The notes below the pieces were generated by a model. The model saw only the letters and a list, made by a program, of their open reading frames with translations. It had not been told where the DNA came from and ran no database searches. Of a stretch of DNA of 64,000 bases, positions 24,683 through 35,533 are shown piece by piece. Where the stretch lies: contig CAKZOW010000117.1 in NCBI GenBank assembly GCA_937138345.1, positions 37,572 through 101,571 on the forward strand, in the 5' to 3' direction. A program made the position numbers and the translations under genes. The first letter of the stretch is position 1, and each line of letters starts with the position of its first letter. Source of the DNA: an uncultured archaeon (GTDB lineage Archaea > Nanobdellota > Nanobdellia > Woesearchaeales > UBA583).

Positions 24683-27273
24683 TGCGTTCAAGTACTATAA
24701 GTTTAATAATACCAGAGAAAAAGAAATTCCAGAAGAATAGTAATCAAGGGAGTGATTTAGTGAGAGATATATTTGACTACTACGATTCGATTGGTAGAGG
24801 TCAGGTATTAGATAAGGATCGTAAGTACAGGAAACTAGAGAACCTAGCTATAGGTAAAATTAACCTAGAAGACTATATTGATGTAGAAGTTCCTGAAGAG
24901 ATAGAGTTTAACAGGCAAGAACTACAACATATAGATTTAATGTTCTTCCCTATTATCCCACCTATTATAAACGGTATTATAGGAGAGTATGATAATAAGT
25001 ACATCAAAACTACTGCGAAAGCGGTAAACCCAGAAAATACTAATGATATACTTGAAAACTTTAATCAGAGTTTAAGGTCTTCTTTAGTGAGTTCAGCAGA
25101 GAAATTATTTTTCGCGGAGAATCCTAACGTACAAGAAGAAGAAGTAGCTCAATTTCATCAGTCTGAGAAAATACAAAAATTCTATAAAACAAATTATAGG
25201 ACTGAAGTAGAACTATGGGCTAACCATATGCTAGAAGTAGATGATCAGAGGTTTGATATTAAGAGTATCGAAAGGAAGTTACTTCGAAGAATCCTTACAA
25301 CTGAAGACCCTGTAGTTCATGTACAATACATGGATGGCAGATACTTCCCTGAAGTTTGGAACGAAAAAGACTGTTTTCATCTTAAATCACCTATGGTTGA
25401 AGATTACTCAGAATCAATGATGTTTGGTTGTTATAACTATACTAATTTTGGATCTATACTTAGTAAATGGGGAAGTGAGTTAAAGGCTGAAGATGTAGAA
25501 AGATTGGAAGGCTGGAGTACAGGTAATAAACCTGGAGGTTTGTATATTAATGGTCACTTTGATGCTGTTACAGGTAATAGGACTGGACATATAGAACAAA
25601 CTAATAATTACCTCTTTTTTAAGAACAAAGAGAATAGTACACGTAGGTATGATGACTATAGTAATGAACTAGTAAGAGAAACACAGATTTACTTCTTACT
25701 ACCTAGAAAAAAAGGATTACTAACTTACATGTCTGATAATGGACCTATTAAGTCTATCGTAGATGAAACTTTCAAGAAAACAATTAAAGCTGTTTATAAC
25801 GGTCCTAAGATAGTAGAGAATCTTGTACAAGGAGAGCATATTGAGTGGTACTACGAGAATGAATTATGGTATGGGGTCAAAATAGACTTAGATAATTCTT
25901 CTCCAGGTCAAGTGTCTCAGACAGATATGGATTCTATCTGGGTTAAACTAGAGAAACATCCTATACAATATTCTTTTCCTAATTCAAGATATGGTACGAG
26001 AATCCCTGTACATGGAGGTTCAGTAACTAATATGTACAATGATAGTATGAGTCTTACTAAAATTTGTGCATCTTGGCAAATAATGTATAACTGGTTATGG
26101 AATAGAAATAATCAATTACTATCCTCAGAGATAGGTAAATTCTTAATGCTTAATCAGGCAGCAATTCCTAGTGAATCTCTTGGAGGTTCATGGAATGAGA
26201 AGAATACAGAAAAGTGGGCAGTTACAGGTAGAGATACCGGTATAGCGCCTATGGATTTATCCTTATCAAATATGGGACAATCTTCTGGAGCTATGAATGG
26301 TGGAGTAGCTCAAATGATTGATATGACAAAAACGGAGGAGGTCATTCAGAAAGCTAACTTAGCTCGGATGATTAAAATCGAATGTTATCAGCAAGTAGGG
26401 CTTACAGAAGATTATTTATATGGTAACGTACAATCTAGAGTAAGTGCTCAGGCAGCTGCTATGGGAAATCAAAGAAGTTCTACTCAAATACAGTGGGTTT
26501 ATACTCGTTTAAATACTATTCTTAAAAAACTTAGAACCACTATGCTTGACACTGCCCAGTATATAGCGGTAACTCAAGGTTCTGAATTCTTATCTTATAC
26601 TACTAGAGAAGGTGCAAGAGAATTGTTTAAAATCGATTCTCAAAAATTAGTACTAGCTCAACTTGATATTTACTTGAATAGTAATCTATCCGATTTAGGA
26701 GCAATGGAGAATATCAAGCAAAATATGATGACTAATAATACTATGGGAGCAGATGCTTTCGAAATAGCTGTTATTCAGGATTCTACTAGTATGGCGGAAT
26801 TAATGAACTCTTTAAAAGAACTTAAAGAAGATAAGGAAGCTAAGGAAGCTCAGATTAGGCAAGAGGAGAACCAGAAACACCAAGAAATATTACAAGCTCA
26901 GAAAGAACAGCAACAATTAGCTCTACAGCAAGCTGAGAGAAAAGAGCAATTGGATAGAGAGAAAGATATCATGGTAGCTCAGATTAAAGCGGTTGGTTAT
27001 GGTAACTCTACTTCCGATGAGATTAGTCAAGAAATCTTGGAATTACAGCAAGCTAATAAAGAACAGCGCGACCTTTATGACAGAGTAGTAAGTGATCAGG
27101 AGGATAGAGAAGTTAAACGTCAAGAAGGTGAAAGAAAGGAAAGAATGTCTAATGAGGACAGGATGATGAATAAGGAAATTAAGTTCAAAGAATTAGCTCA
27201 AAGAGATAGAGAGCTTGATATTCGAGAGAAAGAAGTCAAAGCATCTAATAAAAGAACTAAAAAATTAAACTAA
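24682..27273 (+). CDS. putative portal protein with long C-terminal coiled-coil (barrel-like) extension
   Basis: 863 aa. The last about 180 residues are highly charged heptad-like helix (EDKEAKEAQIRQEENQKHQEILQAQKEQQQLALQQAERKEQLDREKD...). Its position follows the large terminase candidate. Confidence 0.45.
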   Translation: MRSSTISLIIPEKKKFQKNSNQGSDLVRDIFDYYDSIGRGQVLDKDRKYRKLENLAIGKINLEDYIDVEVPEEIEFNRQELQHIDLMFFPIIPPIINGIIGEYDNKYIKTTAKAVNPENTNDILENFNQSLRSSLVSSAEKLFFAENPNVQEEEVAQFHQSEKIQKFYKTNYRTEVELWANHMLEVDDQRFDIKSIERKLLRRILTTEDPVVHVQYMDGRYFPEVWNEKDCFHLKSPMVEDYSESMMFGCYNYTNFGSILSKWGSELKAEDVERLEGWSTGNKPGGLYINGHFDAVTGNRTGHIEQTNNYLFFKNKENSTRRYDDYSNELVRETQIYFLLPRKKGLLTYMSDNGPIKSIVDETFKKTIKAVYNGPKIVENLVQGEHIEWYYENELWYGVKIDLDNSSPGQVSQTDMDSIWVKLEKHPIQYSFPNSRYGTRIPVHGGSVTNMYNDSMSLTKICASWQIMYNWLWNRNNQLLSSEIGKFLMLNQAAIPSESLGGSWNEKNTEKWAVTGRDTGIAPMDLSLSNMGQSSGAMNGGVAQMIDMTKTEEVIQKANLARMIKIECYQQVGLTEDYLYGNVQSRVSAQAAAMGNQRSSTQIQWVYTRLNTILKKLRTTMLDTAQYIAVTQGSEFLSYTTREGARELFKIDSQKLVLAQLDIYLNSNLSDLGAMENIKQNMMTNNTMGADAFEIAVIQDSTSMAELMNSLKELKEDKEAKEAQIRQEENQKHQEILQAQKEQQQLALQQAERKEQLDREKDIMVAQIKAVGYGNSTSDEISQEILELQQANKEQRDLYDRVVSDQEDREVKRQEGERKERMSNEDRMMNKEIKFKELAQRDRELDIREKEVKASNKRTKKLN

Positions 27274-27312
27274 TTAAATTTTTTTTTGTAATTTATATAT
27301 AAAGAAACAAAT

Positions 27313-28365
27313 ATGATACAATTTAATACCCCAATAGATAATGAAGGAACTGAGCCAGAGGTTACGCCTCCAGCGACTCCTCCAACGACTCCTCCACCGG
27401 CTGTACCAGCAGATACTCCGCCAGAGACACCTCCATCTGAATATGGGAATATGGAAGATTACTTACCAGAAGCTGCAAAGTTTTTATACGATAAAAAGTA
27501 TATAACACATATTCCTGAAGGATTTAACACTGAGGAATTAGATATAGAATCTTATGGTAATTTACTTACATACAACCAAGAACAAACACAAAAAGAAGCT
27601 TTTGGTAAAGGTATGGAAAGTTACCAAGATAACCTTAACTCTAAACTATCTCCTCTAGGTAAAAAAATCCTACAGTACAGTGTTCAGAACACCAATGTTA
27701 GCGATGAAGATATTCAGGGATTGATTAAAGAGATGCAGAATAAAGCATACTATAGTAATTTGAGTGTAGAAGATTCTCCTCAAGAAGTAGTAAAAGCTTA
27801 TTATGAAGGTATCGGATGGGATCCTGACATGGTTAACCAGAAACTAGATAATTTAATCAGTACAAGTAGTCTTGAAAAAGAAGCAAAATTAGTTAAACCT
27901 GGATTAGATAGGATTGCAGAAAAGCAAACTCAGAAGAGAGAAGCTGATGATAAAGCAATCAGAGATTTCCAGACAAACTTAGATAATAAACTTAAAACAC
28001 AGATTAGTCAACAGTTACAAACAGGTAAACTGAATGGTGTTGATTTAGACCGTGAAACTGCGGAGTTTTTGTACAATGCTACTATGAATCAGAATGTACC
28101 TGTACAGTTAGGAAAACAAACAGTTAATATGGGTTATGCTGAAGCTCTTATGCGTCAACAGAAGTATAATGGTAATACAGAGAATGTAATGCTCTCATTA
28201 TTAGTATTAAAGGATGGTCCTAAAGCTATCCAGAAATATTTTGCACAGCCTTTAAAAAATGATGTAGTAGAAAAGCATGTAAGAGAGATTAAATTCTCTT
28301 CTAAACGTCGCGGAACTGCTAAACACACAAAACCTACCTCAACAGGTACAGGTATAACTTTTTAA
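27313..28365 (+). CDS. hypothetical head-associated protein with Pro/Thr-rich N-terminal linker (scaffold or decoration candidate)
   Basis: 350 aa. The N-terminus is TPPATPPTTPPPAVPADTPPETPP. Confidence 0.4.
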   Translation: MIQFNTPIDNEGTEPEVTPPATPPTTPPPAVPADTPPETPPSEYGNMEDYLPEAAKFLYDKKYITHIPEGFNTEELDIESYGNLLTYNQEQTQKEAFGKGMESYQDNLNSKLSPLGKKILQYSVQNTNVSDEDIQGLIKEMQNKAYYSNLSVEDSPQEVVKAYYEGIGWDPDMVNQKLDNLISTSSLEKEAKLVKPGLDRIAEKQTQKREADDKAIRDFQTNLDNKLKTQISQQLQTGKLNGVDLDRETAEFLYNATMNQNVPVQLGKQTVNMGYAEALMRQQKYNGNTENVMLSLLVLKDGPKAIQKYFAQPLKNDVVEKHVREIKFSSKRRGTAKHTKPTSTGTGITF

Positions 28366-28374
28366 ACATAAAAC

Positions 28375-30072
28375 ATGAATTCTAAACCCTTAGTTTTAAA
28401 TAACGGTGTTTATCTACAAAGTACAGAATGGTCTTCTGCTTCGCATTTAGATAAATCACACGTACAGTATCTAAATAAAGATTCTGGACCTTCTACAGAC
28501 TTAGGTATTGTTACTCCTTTTGTAACAGCCGGTTATAAATTAAAACCATATTTATATGATTTCTCAGGTAGAGGCGCAAGACGTATCTTCTTGGATGGTC
28601 ATACCTATACATGGAAAACTCCTTTAAATGCTGAACCATGTTATATCTTGAAAGATATGTCAGGCACAGACAAGCCAGGTATGGCTGGAGAGAAATTCAA
28701 AGTAAAACTTAGTAACAATCATTATGGTAATGGCTATATCTTAGCAATTGACCAACATGATCCTCATCACATGATGGTTACTGAAGATGAAATTATACAA
28801 GACGGTGATGGTTATATACATACTATGAAGTTAGTATCAGTAGACCAAGCTAACCGTTGGTTCCCTAAAGAGTATTTGCGTCCAAATACTAAGCTTTTCC
28901 CTATTACAACTGTAACTAGTGAGTATGCTCAAGAATATGCAAACATTCCTACTATGAGTGGAGGTATGCGTGAGTATTACAACACTGTAGGAGAATCTAG
29001 CGCAGCATTATACTACTCGGTATCAAGAGATGCAGCTTATAGTAAAATAAAGGATACCATTACTTCAAGTATTAGAGATTACCGTAAGGTTATTGAAATG
29101 TACGTTTTCCGTCCAGGTTCATTAGCATACGACCTATCTTTAAAAGGACAACAGAGTAAAGGTGCTGGTTTAATGAATGAATACCAGAAGGCATATGGTA
29201 TGGGTTCTGCTTCAGGTCGTTTAAATAGCGACATTGTTTTACGTTCTTGGGTACCTGAAATTGAGTTGACAGGTATTGCATGGTTAGAAGCTATGGTTGA
29301 GCAAGCAGCAATGTGGGGTTCAGGTGGTAAAGTAAATGTAGATGGTCGTAGGTCAGTGAAACTTCCATTAGGTTTATTCCATCAATTGAACATGGGTAAT
29401 ACACACTCTTATAACTTATTTAACATGACGTTAGAGAAGTTTGAGTTCATGATTAGCTCACGTTTAGTAGGTAAAGAAGATTTTGACCCTGGTTCTGAAT
29501 TTGTTATCAAAACAGGTCGTGGTGGTTTAGCTATGGTTCGTAATTGGTTACGTTATATTCCAGGTAATAATGGTATGATCACTGACTCTAAAGATTACAC
29601 ACGAAATCACGGTAGTCAACATAACAAGAATCTTATTTTTGATGCTCCTGAGTATACAGGTTGGTCTATGCGTAATGGTATGGGTACAATCAAATTCGAA
29701 TTAGCTCCAGGCCTTGATCCTACTGACGCTAATATGCAAGTGAATCCTGTGATTCCAGCATCTAAAGGTATTGGTGGACACAGATTGAGTTCTTACATGT
29801 TTATCATTGACGATATCACTAACTCAATGGATGGTAATATTTACGAATTGCTTTATGGTCCAGATTGGGATATTAGCAAACGTCATATTTCAGGTAAATT
29901 GAATTACATGGGTACGGATAACTTTGCATCGGCAGGGCACCACCCAGGATTTGAGGTATTCTTAGAGAAGCGCCATAAGGCGTACTGGGTTAAAGATATC
30001 ACTAAATCTTTATTGATTAAACCAATTAATCCATTTACAGGTAGAGAAATTTATAGTTCTTACCACAGATAA
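28375..30072 (+). CDS. candidate major capsid protein
   Basis: 565 aa with no motif evidence. The call rests on its position after portal and scaffold-like genes and on the strong GC-rich hairpin immediately downstream (30086-30106). Confidence 0.35.
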   Translation: MNSKPLVLNNGVYLQSTEWSSASHLDKSHVQYLNKDSGPSTDLGIVTPFVTAGYKLKPYLYDFSGRGARRIFLDGHTYTWKTPLNAEPCYILKDMSGTDKPGMAGEKFKVKLSNNHYGNGYILAIDQHDPHHMMVTEDEIIQDGDGYIHTMKLVSVDQANRWFPKEYLRPNTKLFPITTVTSEYAQEYANIPTMSGGMREYYNTVGESSAALYYSVSRDAAYSKIKDTITSSIRDYRKVIEMYVFRPGSLAYDLSLKGQQSKGAGLMNEYQKAYGMGSASGRLNSDIVLRSWVPEIELTGIAWLEAMVEQAAMWGSGGKVNVDGRRSVKLPLGLFHQLNMGNTHSYNLFNMTLEKFEFMISSRLVGKEDFDPGSEFVIKTGRGGLAMVRNWLRYIPGNNGMITDSKDYTRNHGSQHNKNLIFDAPEYTGWSMRNGMGTIKFELAPGLDPTDANMQVNPVIPASKGIGGHRLSSYMFIIDDITNSMDGNIYELLYGPDWDISKRHISGKLNYMGTDNFASAGHHPGFEVFLEKRHKAYWVKDITKSLLIKPINPFTGREIYSSYHR

Positions 30073-30085
30073 TTAAAAAAAATAA

Positions 30086-30106
30086 AGGGAGGGCTATTCT
30101 CTCCCT
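30086..30106 (+). terminator. stem-loop AGGGAG-GGCTATTCT-CTCCCT downstream of the capsid candidate
   Basis: 6-bp GC-rich stem in an AT-rich intergenic region. The flanks are A-rich rather than T-rich on the plus strand. Confidence 0.45.
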
Positions 30107-30119
30107 AAAAGTATAAAAA

Positions 30120-30983
30120 ATGAGCAGAGAAGCACGTATTAAGCAAGCGCCAACCAAAGATTTTAAATTAGGCTTGGAGAGACATGGATTACAATATTTT
30201 GAGATAACAAATTCTACTTATGAAATGCCTTATATTAGAGGTGAATGGCAGCATGGTTTAAATGAAGCTGATAAAAAAACAGTAGAAAACCATTACGGTC
30301 ATAAGTTTGATAATAAAGACCACTTCCAGTTTTGGGCAGATTTAGGTGCAGTAGATTTAGATCACACTATACAGGGAGTAGATTTATCTAATCCTGTAGA
30401 TATTCTTAAAATTGGTATCTTACGAGGTATGAAAGTTTTAGCAAATGATATTGATGAAGCTTCAGATTCTATGGCAGGGTACGGGTTTTACCTATCAAAT
30501 GTAGAAGAAGAGGAAGAACATAAATCTTCTTTATACGAGAGACGAGATCAAGCTATTGCTGATTTACTAAACATTAGGAAATCTGCTAAGTATATAGTAG
30601 CTTTTGCTAAATACACTTTACCTAAAGGTATTCAAGTAAACGATGCTACTTCTGCTTACATCAAAATGAGAGATTTCTTAGATGGTAAATTAAAAACAGT
30701 TAACAGTAAGGGAAAGAATGATGCTTTAAATTCTTTTGAAGCTACTAAGAAATTAGAGAAGAACTTGTTATATGCAACAGTCGATTATAGAATGGCTGTT
30801 AGACAAAATATTATTAGATTAAATAATGACCAAAGATATTATAATACTGGGTCGAATACTATTTTAGGTAAAAACGAAGAGGAATGTGTTAAATTCCTAC
30901 TAGATCCTAAGAACCAAGACGAATTGGGTATGGGTCATAAAAATGATAAAACCTATAGTATTAGAAATCAATTAAAAAATTAA
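30120..30983 (+). CDS. hypothetical structural protein
   Basis: 287-aa ORF. Confidence 0.55.
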   Translation: MSREARIKQAPTKDFKLGLERHGLQYFEITNSTYEMPYIRGEWQHGLNEADKKTVENHYGHKFDNKDHFQFWADLGAVDLDHTIQGVDLSNPVDILKIGILRGMKVLANDIDEASDSMAGYGFYLSNVEEEEEHKSSLYERRDQAIADLLNIRKSAKYIVAFAKYTLPKGIQVNDATSAYIKMRDFLDGKLKTVNSKGKNDALNSFEATKKLEKNLLYATVDYRMAVRQNIIRLNNDQRYYNTGSNTILGKNEEECVKFLLDPKNQDELGMGHKNDKTYSIRNQLKN

Positions 30984-30986
30984 AAT

Positions 30987-33239
30987 ATGAACTTTTCAAG
31001 ACAAATTCCTTCTACGTTTGTAGTGAAGTCAGTAGCACCGGCAGGTTTACGTGCGCATGAACTTAGCTATTTACAAATAGGAATCATTGATGAAGATACT
31101 AATTTAACAGTCGATAAAGCTACTTATCATCCAGATAAGAAGTACCAGCTTGTATATAAGACAGGTTCAATTGGTTCAGATAATAGAATGTTTCCTGATC
31201 AAGAAGGTGCGAAATTACCTATTAGAATTGACTTAGGTAAAATCGACACTGCTCACTCTTTTGACTCACCTAAAGAAGCTACATCTATGGTAACTACTCT
31301 AGGTTGGGATGGTATCTCTGATTGTGATACTCTTAGTTTAGAATGTGGGCAAGAATACGCTTTACAAGTAACTGCTCGCGGTGAAACAGTACGTAATGTA
31401 TTTAAGCGTAATTTAACAGAAATTATTCCTTTCTCTACTTCTTGTTGTGATGATTGTGATACGGATGCTCAAGCAGAATCTACTGTAGATGCTATTATAC
31501 AAGCTATAGAAAATAACTCTTTCTGGGCTAAAAATTATTTCAAAGCAGAGAAGATTAAATCTACTTGTGTAACTGAAGTACCTTTTGAGAAAGTAGGTTA
31601 TCATGCTTTTGAATTAGAAGTATTAGATGAAGGTAATTCCGCAGCTACGGCTGAGGTACAAGAGGCTTACCCAGGAATGGAAGTTGAGCGTGTATCTCGT
31701 GAAGGTATTACTACTACTTACCGAGTAATTGTAGCTGACCAAGTATTACCTACAATCGCGGTAGCAGCAGCAGCGGCAGCAACTATTGGTTCACGTCATG
31801 ATATTGATAGTACTACTGCATTTACAATCACTGTTCCTGCATCTACAGGTACAACGGATTATTTACGTTTTGTAGATACTTTAGCTACAGCTGGAACTAA
31901 CAACATTACTTTTGCAGGTGCTTATGCTGCTGTACAATCTACTGATGCTTTTGACTTTGTTTTACAAGGTGATGGTGCTGGTGGTTGGGTTATATCTAAT
32001 TTAGCTGGAACGGTAGCTGATTTCACTCAGTCTAAGTCTAAGCGATTAGTATGTGATGAATGTCCTACTTGTCCTGGTTCTTATACTAAAGTAGACTCTA
32101 GTTACAAATTTTTAGCTCGTGTTCAATCATGGACGGAATCTACTACTGTAGATGAAGCAGCTATTGTAGCTTTAGGTATCCCTAATTACATTCCTTTATC
32201 AGGTAAATCATTAGGATTCGATGGTAAAGTAGGTGTAATTGAATTTAGAACTACTACTGCCGCTACTCCTGTAGCTGCTGATGTAGTTATTTCTAGTGAG
32301 TTTGGTTTACAAGTTGGTTACTGTGAAGGTACAAGTACTTTCTCTTGGTGTGAAAAAGAATTTGTTTACAAAATCTCTCGCTTACAAGTAGTAACTGTTA
32401 AGAAAGACGATTGTAGTGAAGGTGCTGTAGGTAATACTGCGGAATTAGAAGCTGAAATCATCGACGTATTAGGTACAGAATTGTATGGTACTTTGACTGT
32501 AAAAGAGAATAACTGTTTAGCAGAAATTACGGTTTCTCAATTAAACAACGATTTCTTAGAAGATGGTTGCGATACTTATGGTAAAGATGGTGCCAAATTT
32601 AACAACTTGACTCCAATTGGAGGTTCAATCTGGACCGATGAGAAATGTCAAGGATGGACGTTTGATGCGGGAGGTTGTCCAGTAGCTCCGGTTGCTGCGA
32701 CTACAACTACTGATTTACTAGGTGTCAAGTTTACTTGTGCTTTTGTAAACCCAGAGAAACCTGTTCCACATGTATACGACATTGGCGACAATATCGAACG
32801 TGAGCCTATTGAAATGGAGTTCACTATTATACGTCAATATGAGGATAGTACATTTGGAGCTTGTGCAGACCACGAGATGCCTAAGATTACAGTCTTACAA
32901 CACGGGTCTATTCCTGAAGGTTTAGGACAATGTGTTATGAGAGAAGAAGTTCTTTCAAGATTCTATGATGGTTACTACTATCACAACCCTAAAGGAATAA
33001 ATGGAAACTTATTTAAGAACGCAGAAGGTTACGACTATGCTGCGGATCCTAGTAAGAAGTACATGCATGTTTCTTTATACATGAATTTTGATCGAAATAG
33101 AAACGCGTTTAAAAATGACCACCGCCAAAGACATTTAATTAAGCTTTATGTCGAAGAGAATGATGTTAAATTGTTCCAAGAGATGAAGTCCTATTTAAAT
33201 AGTACTTTGTTGAGCAACGGTCTTTCAAAATTATTATAA
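30987..33239 (+). CDS. hypothetical structural protein (Thr/Ala-rich; fibre or capsid-associated)
   Basis: 750-aa ORF with low-complexity AVAAAAAATIGS and many Cys residues; followed by a terminator. Confidence 0.55.
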   Translation: MNFSRQIPSTFVVKSVAPAGLRAHELSYLQIGIIDEDTNLTVDKATYHPDKKYQLVYKTGSIGSDNRMFPDQEGAKLPIRIDLGKIDTAHSFDSPKEATSMVTTLGWDGISDCDTLSLECGQEYALQVTARGETVRNVFKRNLTEIIPFSTSCCDDCDTDAQAESTVDAIIQAIENNSFWAKNYFKAEKIKSTCVTEVPFEKVGYHAFELEVLDEGNSAATAEVQEAYPGMEVERVSREGITTTYRVIVADQVLPTIAVAAAAAATIGSRHDIDSTTAFTITVPASTGTTDYLRFVDTLATAGTNNITFAGAYAAVQSTDAFDFVLQGDGAGGWVISNLAGTVADFTQSKSKRLVCDECPTCPGSYTKVDSSYKFLARVQSWTESTTVDEAAIVALGIPNYIPLSGKSLGFDGKVGVIEFRTTTAATPVAADVVISSEFGLQVGYCEGTSTFSWCEKEFVYKISRLQVVTVKKDDCSEGAVGNTAELEAEIIDVLGTELYGTLTVKENNCLAEITVSQLNNDFLEDGCDTYGKDGAKFNNLTPIGGSIWTDEKCQGWTFDAGGCPVAPVAATTTTDLLGVKFTCAFVNPEKPVPHVYDIGDNIEREPIEMEFTIIRQYEDSTFGACADHEMPKITVLQHGSIPEGLGQCVMREEVLSRFYDGYYYHNPKGINGNLFKNAEGYDYAADPSKKYMHVSLYMNFDRNRNAFKNDHRQRHLIKLYVEENDVKLFQEMKSYLNSTLLSNGLSKLL

Positions 33240-33269
33240 ATTCTTGTCTATTTGTTTTTAACTGCTTCA

Positions 33270-33300
33270 AGGGTCAGGGCTTAGTATCTGACCTTCTTTA
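33270..33300 (+). terminator. Rho-independent terminator-like hairpin (AGGGTCAG-10 nt loop-CTGACCTT) followed by a T-rich tract
   Basis: 8-bp stem, then CTTTATAAATTT. Confidence 0.55.
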
Positions 33301-33329
33301 TAAATTTCAACATGAAAGTACAAACGTGA

Positions 33330-33518
33330 GTGACTCTTCCAGATGAAGCTGAAACAGGTACTCCTTTAGTAAGTACTGAAAGAATGGCTGAATTAGAAGC
33401 CAAAGTGGAAGTTCTTAGGAAAGAAAACAAAACTTTAAACAATACTATATTAGCTTTTATAAGTATAATAAAAGAAATCGAAAGTCGTTTAGAAAAAACT
33501 ACTGATGACAGTAAATGA
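33330..33518 (+). CDS. hypothetical small coiled-coil protein
   Basis: 62-aa ORF. Confidence 0.35.
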   Translation: MTLPDEAETGTPLVSTERMAELEAKVEVLRKENKTLNNTILAFISIIKEIESRLEKTTDDSK

Positions 33519-34152
33519 TATTTATTTTACAGTACAAGACAGAATTAATAAGCATAATACAGGCAGTAATCAGAATATATCTGAGAGACAGTTTGTAGGA
33601 GCTTTTAATATGGCTTTGTATTTTTGGTTTGACCAAAGAGTTAAAGTAGAAGAAGGTAATAAAATACTAGCAACAGAGTTACAGAGTTTTATAGTAAACC
33701 TAAAGCAAGTTCCTTCTTACAATGAAGACTATTACTTTATACTATTACCAGAGGATTACTATTACTACAAAAGAGTTAAAGTAAGAGCTACAAAAGAAAG
33801 TTGTGGTGAGCAGGATTTAACAGTCAGAATTGTGGAAGAATCTAATATAGATACTTATTTACAATCTGATTTGGATAAACCTTCGTTTAAATGGCAAGAT
33901 ACTGTAGGTTCGATAGCTTCTAATGAAGTACATGTTTATCATGGAGATGATTTTAAAGTGACTAATATTAACTTAGTCTATTACAAAAAACCTACTGAGA
34001 TTGCTATGGAAGCGGTTAGTGGTGTAAATACTACTACTACTCTTGAAGGAAGCTCTTTATATGAAGTAATTAATTTTACTGCTCTTATACTCGCATCTGA
34101 CATCAAGGATGGCGCATCTATTCAAACACTTAGAAATTTACTTAATCAATGA
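33505..34152 (+). CDS. hypothetical structural protein
   Basis: 215-aa ORF. Confidence 0.5.
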   Translation: MTVNDIYFTVQDRINKHNTGSNQNISERQFVGAFNMALYFWFDQRVKVEEGNKILATELQSFIVNLKQVPSYNEDYYFILLPEDYYYYKRVKVRATKESCGEQDLTVRIVEESNIDTYLQSDLDKPSFKWQDTVGSIASNEVHVYHGDDFKVTNINLVYYKKPTEIAMEAVSGVNTTTTLEGSSLYEVINFTALILASDIKDGASIQTLRNLLNQ

Positions 34153-34604
34153 AGCATGAATTAAATTTTACCATTGCTAAACAAGTATCGTGCGATAGTA
34201 TTCTATTATTCGACACTTCTAAGTATTTGTCAGTAGAACCTACTAATCCAATACTTTACATTACAGTACCTAATAGTTCTGTAGAAGTGGATATGCCTTT
34301 TAATTTAAGTCAAGCTACTAATATAACTAGTTCACATGTAGTACTAATGTCAGGTGTATACAAATTTAGATTAAGCGTCTGCCCCAATGCGACCCTGTAT
34401 ATTGAGAAGAGTTACTTACGTATATGTGATGAACTCGCCATTATAAGAGATTTAGTATGTGAAGGTAAAGACGTTGTAGAAGTTAAAATGATGTTAGAAG
34501 TTGCTCAAGACCTAGTATGGTGTGATCAAATTTCTAAAGGAATAGAACTATACAATCTAACTGTTAACAAATTAAAAAGCTTACAAGGATGTATGACTTG
34601 CTAA
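34149..34604 (+). CDS. hypothetical structural protein
   Basis: 151-aa ORF, overlap-coupled to its neighbours. Confidence 0.5.
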   Translation: MKHELNFTIAKQVSCDSILLFDTSKYLSVEPTNPILYITVPNSSVEVDMPFNLSQATNITSSHVVLMSGVYKFRLSVCPNATLYIEKSYLRICDELAIIRDLVCEGKDVVEVKMMLEVAQDLVWCDQISKGIELYNLTVNKLKSLQGCMTC

Positions 34605-34670
34605 TACTATACAAAGGATTTATTCAAAAAAATTACGGTTTAAAGCAAACTGTGGATATCAAAAAACAAT

Positions 34671-35165
34671 ATGTCAAATACCTCTGTAACAAATCCAGTT
34701 GATGCTAGTCAAGTGATTAACGTCAATGTAAACTGGGGAAACATAACGGCTCCTACTTGCCCTAATCTAAACAATAGTTTACAAACTATACTAGATACGG
34801 TTAATGGGGATTTAGATACTCAGTACACCTTAAACTGTTTAACTCCCGTAACTAATAGTACTCCAGATGTTTTACAATCTCTTATTGACTATACCTGTGG
34901 ACTAACACTCACCACAACAACTACTGTCGAACAAGGTCCGCTAACTTTAGATTTATCTCTTCAGGATACTTTCGATTGTACAGCTAATTCCGCTGTAGTC
35001 GTTCTTGCTGCTGGAGCAACTGAAACTTTACAAGAACAAATTCAAGCACTTACTTCAAGGGTGGTGACATTATCAGAAATGCTTAAAACTAAGTGTACTG
35101 AAGTTACTGACCTAACGGCTGAAGTAGATGCATTAAAAATCACTGTGACAGGTTGCTGTCCTTAA
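34671..35165 (+). CDS. Thr-rich hypothetical protein ending in TGCCP
   Basis: 164-aa ORF. Confidence 0.5.
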   Translation: MSNTSVTNPVDASQVINVNVNWGNITAPTCPNLNNSLQTILDTVNGDLDTQYTLNCLTPVTNSTPDVLQSLIDYTCGLTLTTTTTVEQGPLTLDLSLQDTFDCTANSAVVVLAAGATETLQEQIQALTSRVVTLSEMLKTKCTEVTDLTAEVDALKITVTGCCP

Positions 35166-35174
35166 TAAACTATC

Positions 35175-35471
35175 ATGGCTTGTACTTCTTGTACTTCTGG
35201 TTGTAGCTCTTGTACAACTGTAACATACGTAGATCCTTGTACTACAACTACTGCATGTACAGGTTGCGAGGAATATTACCCTGTCGAATGTATACTAAAT
35301 CCTGACGGTACCAATGGTTCTACAGGAATTACTCTCCCACCACTTACTACAGCTGAAATAACAGCTCTAGGCACGCCTTCCGCAGGTACTACTGTTTACA
35401 ATACAACTCTTTTAACTATATGCTTTTACAATGGTACAACTTGGCAAAAAGTAACTAATACAGCTATGTAA
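35175..35471 (+). CDS. small Cys/Thr-rich protein (13 Cys in 98 aa)
   Basis: Begins MACTSCTSGCSSCTTVTYVDPCTTTTACTGCEEYYPVEC. Confidence 0.5.
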   Translation: MACTSCTSGCSSCTTVTYVDPCTTTTACTGCEEYYPVECILNPDGTNGSTGITLPPLTTAEITALGTPSAGTTVYNTTLLTICFYNGTTWQKVTNTAM

Positions 35472-35533
35472 TCTCTGGTTTTTTGCTTATCTTATAATAA
35501 GTAAGAATATTACTTGTAATAATTTTTTTTATT

